NCBI GenBank assembly: GCA_903813345.2
Contig: CAIIXF020000001.1
Coordinates: 3,472,001 to 3,536,000 of the forward strand
Direction: 5' to 3'
DNA: 64,000 nt
From: Owenia fusiformis
Lineage: Eukaryota
Every line of letters starts with the position of its first letter. The first letter of the stretch is position 1. The notes under the pieces were generated by a model. That model had not been told where the DNA came from. It did not search any database and worked only from the letters and a program-made list of their open reading frames with translations. The position numbers were made by a program, and so were the translations under genes. Below, piece by piece: positions 49,204 to 61,523 of this stretch.

Positions 49204-49753
49204 TTAGGAACGGATCTGGGAACCAACAATGGGGGGGGGGAAATTTCAGGTCAGAGAAAAAATGTCCCCTTAAACCAAAAAACCAAAATTTGGCCTAAAA
49301 TTAAAAAATAAGACCTTGAATGTAATGTAATGTAGTAATGACCAAAAGGCCCACTTTTTGGGGCATTAAGGCCTTTTTGGCCCAACATTTTTTGGGCCCA
49401 ATTTTTATCTGGGCCCACTTAAGCCCCCCCCCCCCAGATCCGCCAGTGCTATTTGTGTTATGGGAGCTGGTTAGGGCTTTGGAGATCTTCTTCCACAGTT
49501 GTTTTTACAGGGCACATTCTCCCTTCTTCACGCCTAACCATCGACAACGTACAGAGACAAAATGTACAGGTGTACACTTTATAGTTGTTTGAAGCAAGAT
49601 TTGTGATGTAGGTTTTAAAAGTTTTTTTTCTAAGGAATATGATGAAATATTTCGTGTTAAATGTCATGTGCACGCTCTTGGCAAGACTTTTAACTTTTTA
49701 ATTACGTTTACAGATTCTCAATCAGAGCACGAGTTTAAGTAATTCCACCCCGG

Positions 49754-49821
49754 CATAGGCCAAGGGAAAAGTAATGGTAAGCTGAACATACAGCTTACTA
49801 TTACTTTTCCCTTGGCCTATG
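49754..49821. mobile_element. 68-bp hairpin made only of hAT-like TIRs
   Basis: CATAGGCCAAGGGAAAAGTAATGGTAAGCTG-loop-CAGCTTACTATTACTTTTCCCTTGGCCTATG, similar to the 50563 TIR; no clean TSD. Confidence 0.7.
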
Positions 49822-49986
49822 ATTCCACTCATGTCCATGTGAACATTTTATGGTTAGGCGTGTTCTTGTTGGTACTCTTGGATTTCCTGAACTGCCACTG
49901 CTTCTTGCGTATCATCGTAGAAAGCACGAAAAACGATACAAATCTGGTTGTATATCATCTTTTTGGCTTACCTGGGTGGGTGCTGG

Positions 49987-50102
49987 CATAGATGTTGGCC
50001 AGATCGTTTTGCAGTAGGATCTGATAGGCTCAAAGAATAATTCAGGAGGAATATTTATTGAGCCACTGATCCTATTACAAAATAATCTGGCCGGGATCTA
50101 TG
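49987..50102. mobile_element. 116-bp hAT-like mini element, deleted relative of 9373-10396
   Basis: CATAGAT...ATCTATG with perfect 8-bp TSD GGTGCTGG at 49979-49986 and 50103-50110. Confidence 0.85.
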
Positions 50103-50364
50103 GGTGCTGGTAACCAGTTGCACCCCGTGTCTTATTGTATTTGGCAATGTCTAAGCAGCAGGCGCAAGTAATATGCGCACAAATAGTTTGGATCGAAAAT
50201 TCTGAAATATTTACAAAATGGTAAGGTAAAGTTTCGATTATCTTTGATTCTATTTGGTATCTTGAATTGTATAGTACCTTTGTAGCATCTAGAATTTGTC
50301 GAATTAATTTTGTTGTCATTTTAGGTTTGAAATATGGGCTTATGACTGTGAACAAGATCGCTGA

Positions 50365-52074
50365 AATATCGGATTTTTTTAGCGGGACAAAATGATAAAT
50401 CCCTTGCAATTTCGAAAGTGAAAACGTCAATCAGAGTAAAATCTCATGAGTATACTAGGCAACTGACTGTGGTCTATAGCCATATTTGTAGTTTTTCAAT
50501 ATTAGTTCTTACTTGGGTTAGTAACGGTGTATGAAATGTTAGTCCACAGTATCAGTTATGGTCATAGGCTAAGGGTTAAGTAATAGTAAGCTGTATATAG
50601 AAGAGACAGGTGAACAACTAGGATTTAGGCCACTTGTTAACATGGCGATTTTAACATTATTTGTGTATAATTTTCAAAAAACAATGCAGAGTTGATCCAA
50701 AATTGATAGTTCTCAATTCTTACCTATGAATCAACCACATTCAAGTGATATAGAGTGAATAAAGCCGTCTTGAGGTGAGATATTCTGAAAACCTACAATT
50801 GCCTGGCAAGTTACCAGGATTTCCGTGTTGAATCATGAATGGAAGTTTGAAACAAGGAATTTGATTGGTTCCTGCTAACCGCCGCCAGTGACACCTATCT
50901 GGTTCTCTAAAATGTAATTCATTTTCTAGAAATAACAATCAATTAAAGTGTACAAAACTATAAAAGGTTTACTTAATAATTATTTATCAAAACATCTGAT
51001 TCATATAATATCTTTTTAAACCCAATTTAAATGGTGAAATTAACATTTTTCTTGGAATTTTAAACTTCTAATTACAACCAATCAAATCAATCGTTACAAG
51101 ATTCAATCTTTCCATGTGTCCGGAAGTTTCAACTTGCCGGGCAATTGCAGGTTCGTGCAGTTGGTGTTTTTTTATGCTGTCTTATCGAAGAGTTAGGATA
51201 TAGATTTGAAATATTCAACAATCTACGTTTCGAAAACACTTTGGAGAAGATTCTTGGGAGATTTGGTGGTACGACTCGATACCAGTAAGGAGAACTCGTA
51301 CCAAGACGGCAAGTTTTTGAAAAAAATTTCAATCCTAATTGTTTACCTGTCTCTTCTATATACAGCTTACTATTACTTAACCCTTAGCCTATGGTTATGG
51401 TCATATTTCAATATTTCATTTCATCCATGGGAAGAGAGGGGGGGTGACTAATTACTCCATGTGATTTCAACATGCAATCCGGTTAGGTAAATGTGTACGT
51501 TTGGAAATTGTTATGCAATCGTCATTGAAGTCACCTGTTATTTTCAGGAACATGATAACTACTAGCGGATCTAGATGGGGGCAAGGGCGGATCTGGGAAC
51601 CAACATGAGGGGGCCAAATTTCAGGCCAGAGAAAAAAAATATCGGATTTTTTTAGCGGGACAAAATGATAAATCCCTTGCAATTTCGAAAGTGAAAACGT
51701 CAATCAGAGTAAAATCTCATGAGTATACTAGGCAACTGACTGTGGTCTATAGCCATATTTGTAGTTTTTCAATATTAGTTCTTACTTGGGTTAGTAACAG
51801 TGTATGAAATGTTAGTCCACAGTATCAGGTATGGTCATATTTCAATATTTCATTTCATCCATGGGAAGAGAGGGGGGGGGTGACTAATTACTCCATTTGA
51901 TTTCAACATGCAATCCGGTTAAGGTAAATGTGTACGTTTGGAAATTGTTATGCAATCGTCATTGAAGTCACCTGTTATTTTCAGGAACATGATAACTACT
52001 AGCGGATCTAGATGGGGGCAAGGGTGGATCTGGGAACCAACATGAGGGGGCCAAATTTCAGGCCAGAGAAAAAA
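50365..52074. repeat. ~435-bp tandem duplication; first copy interrupted by hAT-like copy 2
   Basis: 50365-50562 plus 51402-51638 matches 51639-52074; empty insertion site at ~51828-51835. Confidence 0.85.
50563..51393. mobile_element. hAT-like MITE, copy 2
   Basis: TIR CATAGGCTAAGGGTTAAGTAATAG...; 8-bp TSD GTTATGGT at 50555-50562 and 51394-51401; interior is the inverse of 18048-19176. Confidence 0.9.
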
Positions 52075-52299
52075 CTTCCGCATTTGTGGGGAAAAAAAAT
52101 TGAGGCCCATTTCCTTCAAAATTTGAACTGAAATTAGAAAATAAGGCCTTACAAGGCCCAGTAATGATCAAAGAAAGGCCCACTTCTAGGGGCCTTTTTT
52201 GGCTCAATTTTTTTGGGCCCAATTTTTTAATTCTGGGCCAATCCAAGGGCCCCGCAGACCCGCCAGTGGGGGGTGTGTATCTCGTTCTTATCTAGTCAA

Positions 52300-52926
52300 G
52301 GAATAAATAATGATAGGCCATTCAATATGGTGAAATTCAGCACGAGTTGGACAGAATGTTGTACAAAGCATGAACTGAAGGTGAGTGCATTTGTAACGAC
52401 CCTTGGGCATGCTCGTCAGGGAGCTGTAGTGTACCGAGCCAGATACTAGACTCGAAAGAGAATGTGCTAAATTCAACGTCTTACGGGAATCGAACCCAGG
52501 ACCTTTCACTCTCAGAGTCAGACGCTCTACCCCTGAGCCATAAAGGCTAGCCACTACAGCTGAGATTGTAGTAGCGACTTGCTATTGAAGTCATTACACC
52601 ATCCCCCCTAGAAGACGACGTCCCGTCGTAACTCATTCACAAGGGCAATCCCACTTCTGACACCAATGTAACGACCCTTGGGTACGCTCGTCAGGGAACT
52701 GTAGTGTACCGAGCCAGATACTAGACTCTCAAGAGAATGTGCTAAATTCAATGCCTTACGGGAATCGAACCCAGGACCTTCTGCTCTCAGAGTCAGATGC
52801 TCTACCCCTGAGCCATAAAGGCTAGCCACTACAGCTGAGACTGTAGTAGCGACTTGACATTTACTGACATTCTGTCCAACAAGTGTAGACTTTCACCATA
52901 TTGAATGGCCTATCATTATTTATTCC
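52300..52926. mobile_element. Inverted-repeat DNA element hosting the TRIM
   Basis: GGAATAAATAATGATAGGCCATTCAATATGGTGAAA...GTTGGACAGAATGT (52300-52359) inverts ~52868-52926. Confidence 0.7.
52392..52856 (-). mobile_element. TRIM (miniature LTR retrotransposon) with tRNA-derived Pol III cassette in each LTR
   Basis: 5' LTR 52667-~52856 (outer end clipped), 3' LTR 52392-52598 (TGTAAT...GTTACA). PBS TGGTGTCAGAAGTGGGATT at 52647-52665, 1 nt after the LTR. PPT AGGGGGGATGG at 52599-52609. Internal region 68 bp. tRNA-like A/B-box cassettes at 52478-52547 and 52753-52822. Confidence 0.85.
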
Positions 52927-53896
52927 GATTCAAACATAAAAAAGAAAACCTTGTTCAGAGAATTGGGGCTTTAGGTCAATGAAATAACCAAACTTGCTGT
53001 TATTTTCGCCATTCCCAGGTGTGACGTCATAATAACACAATACGTGTACATAGATTCCTGGAAGCAGATTGAATAGAGCGCGACCGTGCCTGTATGGAGA
53101 AATAATGAATGTTCATTATTGGCTATGTTGCATTCTGATTGGTTTAGAAATTCAAATAGAGCACGGTCATGTTTGAATTCCAATCACATTCTACGTTTCT
53201 GATCTTTAACGCATACAATACAACCACACATTAGTAATTTAATGTATTTCAAAAGTTGAAAAATAAAGGCGCTAGCTTTGCACATATTTCTTACTTTAAT
53301 CAATTCTAAACACCAGTCTCAACATTCTCTCAAAGCCAAAAAGGTAGCGGCTGTCTCAAATTGCAGAGCTAGAGGTAAACACTTCAATCTTTAAATCAGC
53401 CATTATTTCAAAATGTCCAGCTTTAACTTCAGGAATTGATTTTGAGAACACTACGAGCATAACAGAATGACGAATGAGGTTACATCAGTGTGATCTGGTG
53501 TCTTCGGTAGCCGAGATACAGTAACATCCGGTTTCTTCAATATGATTTATTATGTACCAAAGTGCAACAAACATACATTAGAAAGGCCATAGCTAGTTAT
53601 AAATCATTTTATCCATCACAATTATGTATCAATATAAAGTAAAAAACTCATTTTTCAAAAGTGAGATATCACAAAATTTATGTGTCCTCAATAAAAGCTG
53701 CTTGTCAAATCATTGCTCTTATGCTGTAGCATAGCCATCTATTTCCAGGATTCAATTGATTCGATTTGTTTGCCACTACTAGTATTTTGATATGTTGGCT
53801 AAACTTATGTCTCACATGGTATAATTGCATTCTTTGGTTCTCCTTTCTAGATGCAGGACAAAGCACTGTTTGAAGCTAATTGAGAACAACCTCAAA

Positions 53897-56800
53897 ATGG
53901 ATAAACCAGAAACAATTTCCGGTGTAAGATCTGTCCCAGAGGCGGTCGGTCTGAAACCATGTAAGGATGCTTCACGAGAGGAATTTGAGGCCCAAGATCA
54001 ATTACTCGTTGTGGAAAGAACTCCAACATCTGCTGACACTAATACTGATTCCAATGTTGGCAACATTGTTGTCAATGAAGCCATAGAAAGTGCTGAAAAC
54101 ACAGAAAAATGTGTTGAAATGCCCAACAGTAAATGTATCAATGAAACGGAAGAAAATCTTGCCTCGGTTTCAGAACAATCGAAAAATACTGGCATGTCAT
54201 CACCAGTCAATGAATGTCCAACTTTAGTCGAAAACATAAGTCACCCTGCTGCATTGTTAGATAAATTGAAACTGCAGAAGGAAGCGGGACGATTTTGCGA
54301 TATTGAAATTATTGTTGGTGACAATAAATATCCTGTTCATAAATGTGTTTTCGCAGCGTCTAGTGCATATTTCGATGTACATTTTACAACAAGTTCTGTG
54401 CAACAGTTAAATATCGACTGTGAGGATACTCAGGTGATCGAGGCCCTTATTAATTATGTGTATACTGGGCAAATAATTGTGAATATAAACAATGCTATTG
54501 AGCTTCAACGTCTCGCAAATCTTTACATGCTTGTTGATCTGAGTAAAGGACTGGAGCAGTACATACAACAAACATTTACAGATCAGTTGAGAAAAGATTT
54601 AAACATTACTCCAGATATTTTGCCTGTGGCATCAAAACTCAATAAATCATTAAAGGAGCAGAATTCAAATGTAAAATTGAAGAAAGTGAAATCAGATCAA
54701 GAGCAAACTGGAAAACACAATATCAATACCAATGACTCGGAAGAACATGAACCTGTCATTAAACGGAAACGAGGACGTCCATTTAAGAAAGATAAGGTTA
54801 TAAAGGATGAGGAATCTGTGATACAAAAAGATCTTGAGAATGAAAAATTGGTGGTGAATCCATTGTCAGATGATGAAGACATAATCCAAGAGAAGACTTC
54901 AGTAACAACAAGGTCAAAGAGAACTGCCACCATGATATTGACTCGAAGAAAAGGCAAACCAATGAAACATCCAACATTTGATTTACTTAAATGTGAACAT
55001 TGTGATTTTAAATCACGAAGAACAGACCTTTTGCAACGTCATACACTTATAAAGCACAACATCGGTGAAGGTAACAGTAATTTTACCGCAAAGGTGAAAT
55101 TTACATATAAATGCCAAGAGTGCGAATTTAAGGCAGACTCTAACAAAGATCTTGTAGAACATTATAAAACTCACTTTGATGGACCACCTTACAAATGTGA
55201 TCAGTCTGGGTGCAAGTACAAGAATAACAATGTGAAGTATCTCCTTATGCACAAAGTGCGTCATGGATCAGTGAAGACGCATATATGTTCCATATGTTCT
55301 GCTGGGTTCTGGTCCATGTATGAGTTAAAGACACACATGATTAAACACACTGGTAAGTTATATTTTTGTCATCATAAAAAACTCAAAATGTTGAACAAAC
55401 GTTGCAAAAATAATGTAAAATTGTCAACGATTTTTAAAAGTCTCTATCCCAGCCTCAAGGGGTGTATACACTGGCAGGTGAAATGCTTGAAACGGGGGGC
55501 GAAAAAGCTGAAATTATTGAAATGAAAGATAATGTGATACCAGCTTAGGCGAATTGATTGAAATGCTTGAAACAGCGAAAGCAGCGAAACAGGCGAAAGC
55601 AGCGAAACAGTAATTTTATTTTTGGAGACGTATTGATTGAAATGATTGAAACGGTTGAAAAGCCCCGGCAAAATGCTTGAAACGAAAAACGTGCATGTTC
55701 CTTTTTCTTTTCAATCGTTTCGCCCGTTTCTTCATGAATTGGTCGTATGATTGAAATGCTTGAAACGGCGAAACAGGCGCAAACAGCGAAACTTTAAATT
55801 AATTTCAAAGGCGAATTGATTGAAACGATTGAAATGCTCAAAATGATGTAAGCATTGAAACATAGGAAATAATGCAGACATTGAAACCATTGAATTGATT
55901 GAAACGATTGAACCAATTGAAACGATTGAAAGCTATTTACAGTGTATACAGGGCTTCAGTCTCAGTTTATGAAAGACAGAAATCAAATGTTTTTTTATGG
56001 ATAATGAACGTTCAAAATTCAATCTGAAACAATAACCTGATAATTGCATTGTTTTGTATTAGGAAACAAGGATTTTGCATGTGACCAGTGTGAAAGTAAA
56101 TTCTACACTAGAAATGAACTTAGTCAACACAAGTTTGTCCACAGCAAAGTAAACTCATTCCTGTGTGATGAATGCGGCTTCTCAACTAAACACAAAGCAA
56201 CAATTATAAGACATAGAAAAATCCACACAGGTAAGTACACGATTGTAAATATATGAATATATGAATTATAGAGGCCGGCATTTGAAAAGCACATTCTTGT
56301 TTTTTGTTTGTTATATCAACCACTTTGTGACCACACCAGCGTTGATGTTGACATCTGTTTAAGATATTGTTACAGTCTTGCAATTACTTACCTAATGGTG
56401 TGTATTATTATGTACATGTTGTAAATTAAAAACATTTGTAAGTATATTATATATAGCTTAGGTTATTTATCATACAATCACAAGTAAACGGATCTTATTG
56501 TTGGAGATTTATTTGACATTCATCAATTTAAATTCATATACGTGTAGTGTATCATCTAAAATATATATTTTTGAATCATTTCTAATTCTATTTTAATATC
56601 TTTTGCAGGTGATTTGTTCCATTGTCAATTTCCTTCTTGTAAGTACTCAACGCCACGTCGTACATTGATGGATGCCCACACAAGGTGTCATCTGAACATT
56701 AGATCACACGTCTGTACAACTTGTGGCCAAGCATTTGTAGAGAAGAGTAATCTGAAACGCCATGAGAGAACTCATTTACCATACAAACCATTCCCATGTA

Positions 56801-57780
56801 CCATGTGTGACTTTGCTTGTTTCCGTAAGGACAAATTGAAGGATCACCTCAAGAAGCATCATGGTGTTGAAACGGAAAGTCCACCAAAGGCCAACAATAA
56901 CAACAAAACATTGCCGAGATTCAATCGTTTTGCTGTAAAAAAGTTCAGCTTGTCTCAGAATCAGGGGAAAACTGTTGAAGTAAGTGTCGACAGTGAAGAG
57001 AAAGTTACAAACCAAGTGAGCACACTTGATAGTCAAGAAAATGTAACTCAACAATCAGCTGTAACTGGGCAGACAATAACATCACTTGAGCCCCAACAAA
57101 CAATAGACCAGCCTTCTGCCGTTGACATACCCTCTAATGTGGTCATACCTGTCTCTAACAGCCTTGTGGCCACACAGGGGAACAACATGGAACAAGTGCT
57201 CCAGGGTGAACAATCCATGGGTGAAGATCAACTAATCATTGCCCAGAGTTACTCAGATGAGCACATCTATATAAGTCAGGGTGAAAATATTAATATTGCA
57301 GCCCAAGGAGGTCAAGATTCTCAGAGTCTTCCTATTAAAGGAGACACTGCTACTAATCAGCAAGGCCAACTTGATCAACCAAATCAGATCCTGATAGCTA
57401 CAACACCTGGTTCAACCTCCAACCAGCTACAGGAGTTGGTATCTCAGACTATTGGTACAATTGCTGACAGCCAACAGGAAGATGGTGTCATGAAATGGGA
57501 GATTGTAGCAACAGATGCAAGTCAGGGAGAGCTACAAGAAGGCCAGATTATACAACTACAGAGAGATAATAACGGGGAACAAAGTGAGGGCCACATTATA
57601 CATATACATCAGGAAGAGGGTCTTGCTCAAATTCAGCCAGATCCTAACAACCCACAGCATTTCATACAGGTCCCACTAATTCGCAATGCTGATGGGGTAC
57701 CTGTCACAGATCCTGCCATATATCAACAGCAATATGCCTCATATACACATATGTTACTAAACCCCAACATAATGATGTAA
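53897..57780 (+). CDS. BTB/POZ + AT-hook + 9x C2H2 zinc-finger protein, paralog B
   Basis: Exons 53897-55352, 56063-56230, 56609-57780. BTB FCDIEII...YPVHKCVFAASSAYF...LINYVYTG; KRGRPFK; fingers colinear with paralog A. Start codon inferred (acceptor AG at 53849-53850). Confidence 0.92.
55469..55944. mobile_element. CACT-ended element with many short subterminal repeats (EnSpm/CACTA-like)
   Basis: TA-CACTG...CAGTG-TA; dense TTGAAAC, GATTGAAA and GCGAAA repeats; sits in an intron of paralog B. Confidence 0.55.
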
Positions 57781-60637
57781 GTGTACCTCTTATGAACACC
57801 CCACTCATAAAGTTTGGCAACCCAAGTTTACCCTTATTGGACCATGATGAAGCCTGTTTATATTGGTCAGTTTAAAAATATCATATTTGCTTTTGTTACC
57901 TTATATTGAAATCATAGAAAACTGAATAGGCTTTAACATGCTATTCGATATGGAGTCGGGGGTTTGTCACAATTTTGGAGGGGTTTAGATTCATGTTATT
58001 AAAATCAATGTAAAATGATTAGTTAAAGATGATCAGTATATGTCACATCCAATCCAAGTGAGGATGTTAAAAGGCATTTTCTGTATATTTGTGATTCCAC
58101 ATGTATCTGAGTCGTGCATCTGAAGTAACTAAAATAATGCTATTTCAAATGTGAAATAGCACAAACTGTCCATGATTGTCACAACCACATAATTTTATTT
58201 TGCTTATTGTACAAATGTTGTAATACGCTGTATTTATCTGCTTCAGAAGTGACTTATGGAAGCTCAGTGTTGGGATCGTAACAGTATACATATTTGCCAA
58301 TCATAACAAGCAAAACTTTAAAATGATCCTGCTTTTTCCCCTTAAAACTCCCTAATTCTCTTCAATGTTTTTGAAAAGGCAGTGTCTTGTGTCATACAAC
58401 TATATACAAAAGGTTGGGTGGTATGTATTCTTCTGATGCACATATCACTTTTTGTAAGAAACTTTTGACTTTGTACTTCAATGTGCCATCTAGCATGTCT
58501 AGTAGCCACTCAAATTATTTTGCTAATAAATAATAATGCCATATTTCTGAAAACATGTATCAATAAATTTGAAATCTACATACATGTAATGCTGTATATA
58601 TTATTCAGGGAAAGTACATCATGGTTATAACCCTGTCTATCAGTGTATATAACTCTTATATTTTTCATTATTGAATGTTGGCTCTGTAATCTCTTGGATG
58701 GGGCCCTACTTCCATTGAATACAGGTATTTGTATTCATGGTTTTTGTAAATATGATTTTTGTTGTTGTGAATTGTTGATTACTGTATTTATATAATTACA
58801 AGTAGTATCATCCAAATAAAAGGATGGGTCATTTTTGTGGATGTAAATAATTTAAAGGGAGGCAGCTGGTTAGATTTAACATTATTTTAACCCAGAATAT
58901 TTTTCTGAATGAATACATATGTGTACTATACAGCAACCAACCAGCAATCAATCCAGAAATGAAAAATGATTTTTGATGTCCAGCAAGAATAATGAATGTT
59001 TGTAAAGTTTTTATAAATTCAACACAAGAGATGAAATCTGGGAGTTGGTATATGTTAATTATACTGGAAAACATGAATTACACTTAGCATGTAAAATTAT
59101 CAAGGGATACAAATATACCCAGTGTTTGTTAAAGTGAAAATGCAAGATATTTTTTAAATTTTAAATCTTATTGGCCTCCATTTACTGAAGAATTTTGATT
59201 TGTTTTCCCAAAGGATATTTGCAAGGCGAAGGTGAAAATGATAGATGCTTCTGTCTCTCTGTATCATAGTTTTAAGAATATCCATTAACATTTTGTTTTT
59301 GGCATTCAGCTCTAATAGGTGTTTTGGAAAGGATAGCTGACATGGGATCAGAATGGATAATGTTACTATGACATCTCTTTTGCAAAATGTCAAGCACACT
59401 AGCTCAAAAATGAACAGACATGTGATATTAAAGTTTTTTTTTATGTTGTTCATTAAGAGGCAGTGAACATCGTTTGGCCAAAATTGTATTTAATAGCTGT
59501 ATTTATGTTTATCTCATCTAGTGTACAATCTACTTTAATATACTTGAAATTGATGTCTGTTGTATATAAATTGACCACTGTTTATTCTTACATATGTACA
59601 ATAAACAGATTGTCATATATATTGGGCCTATTGTTTTTTTGTCCTTAAAGATGTACAATAAATAGATTGTTATTATAAATGTATATATTGACCTCCTGTT
59701 TATCCTAAAATATACGGTACAATAAATGGATTGTTATCAATTGTGAGTGAATTATTTCTCTTCATTAGTGGTTTTGGTTCAGGTTATCGGCACTCTTAAT
59801 TTTGCGTATAATCCTTTCAGTTAAGGGAGTAGATGGTATGGAGACGAGTTCAGAATAAGTTTTGAAAAAAATGTCAGTTTTACAATATTTTTTCCTCATC
59901 AATCAATATTCAAGGATATCTCTGTCAAGAAAGGACATGTCCTATTTTCCACTTCTAATGAATTAACTTCAGACTAAAAGGGAAATATGTTTTTTGAAAA
60001 AAATACTTCCAGCATTTTACACTATCTCTTTAAATCTTCCTTAACTATAACAACAAAGCCCTTCTAAAAGAAAATACATCTACATTGAACTTAAATTTGG
60101 AAAAAATGATAGACTTGGAAACAAATCAGTTAACCAGATAAGACTGCCACCAACCCACTCAATGAGACTTTGTTCAGAGTTATGTGTAAAACATTAGATT
60201 GTGCCTTACAAAAGAAACGAGACTACTTAGTATAATAATGGATACACAATACTGTACAGAATATACATTGTACTTTCATTTTATTTAATAATGGCTTTAT
60301 TACTGATTTATTCATATGTACAGGTATGCAAGTATAATGTGAAGAAAATATTTGAAATTATACAGTGCATATACATGTATGTATGGGCATAAATGTCAAC
60401 TAAATGTTGATATATTGATTCAAACTTGTCATTTACTTTTCGTATTGTCTTTCAAGCTAAAGACAGAATGTATGACAACTTATATTTTTGAGTTCTACAT
60501 ATTCAATCTGGATTTGGTTCTGGTTATTAAAAGTATGGTGTTATCAAATGGCAACATTTTGATTTATTCATAGAAGGCAGGATATGCATATGAAAATATG
60601 ATGCAAGTAATTCGATCTCTGTACTTTAAGTTATTGA

Positions 60638-60760
60638 ATGATTTGAAGTGCAATACAGGATATATTTTGCTTGAGAAATTCTGTATTGGAACTAGACAAA
60701 GTCGAGTGCCAATACAGAATATCGAGAGCAGAATATATCCTGTATTACACTTCCAAATCA
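60638..60760. repeat. ~120-bp imperfect palindrome (mini-MITE)
   Basis: TGATTTGAAGTGCAATACAGGATATATT...AATATATCCTGTATTACACTTCCAAATCA. Confidence 0.75.
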
Positions 60761-61096
60761 TTCGACAATGTTTTTATCGTGTGATCCTCTGTACTGCTCC
60801 TGAGAATGTCCCCTCCGTACCAATATTTTCCAATCTGTACCAATCTCAGTAGCAATACAGTCTGGTCAGGACAAGAACTGATCAATCAGAAGGCTTCATT
60901 TTACAGATCATACGATAAAAGCAAGTATGAGATTCTCTTAGATCACCATATGCCTTTGTATCAAATCCATGTTTATGTTTGTCTCGGTATAATATTGGAA
61001 TATGGGTGGTGGAATTAAAGCAAGCTTTTCTCTAAAACAAAATAAATTCACCTGATGACCAAAGTTGATGAATATTCCTTCATCACTTACAGTGTT

Positions 61097-61280
61097 AGGG
61101 AGCATGTCAAAAGATCAATGTCACCAAATAAACTATATATTATCAGTTAGGGGGGGGTGTCTGGAACCAAAAAAATAAGCATCCCCGACATTGATCCAGA
61201 GGGGGATCGAGGGGGGTCTAGGACTTAACTGATAATATATAGCTTTTTGTGCTACATTGAACTTTTTATGTGCTCCCTTA
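61097..61280. mobile_element. Small MITE
   Basis: AGGGAGCA...TGCTCCCT ends and internal IR TATATATTATCAGTTA/TAACTGATAATATATA. Confidence 0.6.
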
Positions 61281-61523
61281 TTTCTTGTTTATTGTTGCAC
61301 ATGTATGTCACAAAAGTAGTACACTGTGTGGTTTATCATAACAGAAAGTGAGTCATGATCATAATTAAACACTCAATAATCTTCATCTGTATTACAATCC
61401 AGGCATTGGGAGAATGAATATTGGAGCCTGAATTCATAATTCTACTGGACGCATCTCAGCTGAATATCTTTTCACCCTACATTTATTGTGGCTTCATATT
61501 ATATGATTCACATCAGGCCAGAA

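Noticed and set aside
52392-52430. Hammerhead ribozyme (retrozyme) in the TRIM LTR; the minus strand has CTGACGAG
   Set aside because: The required GAAA after stem II is missing (reads GTCGTTAC) and no stem III or cleavage triplet could be built by eye.
52478-52822. Two functional tRNA genes
   Set aside because: Anticodon and T arms pair poorly, and both sit inside LTRs with PBS and PPT.
52288-52829. Two similar ORFs MASLYGSGVE...
   Set aside because: Chance translations of the tRNA-like LTR repeats.
55353-55525. C-terminal extension of ORF 53825-55525
   Set aside because: Read-through past the donor G|GTAAG at 55352 into intron and a transposon; the zinc-finger array resumes at 56063.
42682-57780. 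Gene symbol ZBTB24 for the zinc-finger pair
   Set aside because: Only the domain architecture is similar; finger number differs and orthology needs a phylogeny.
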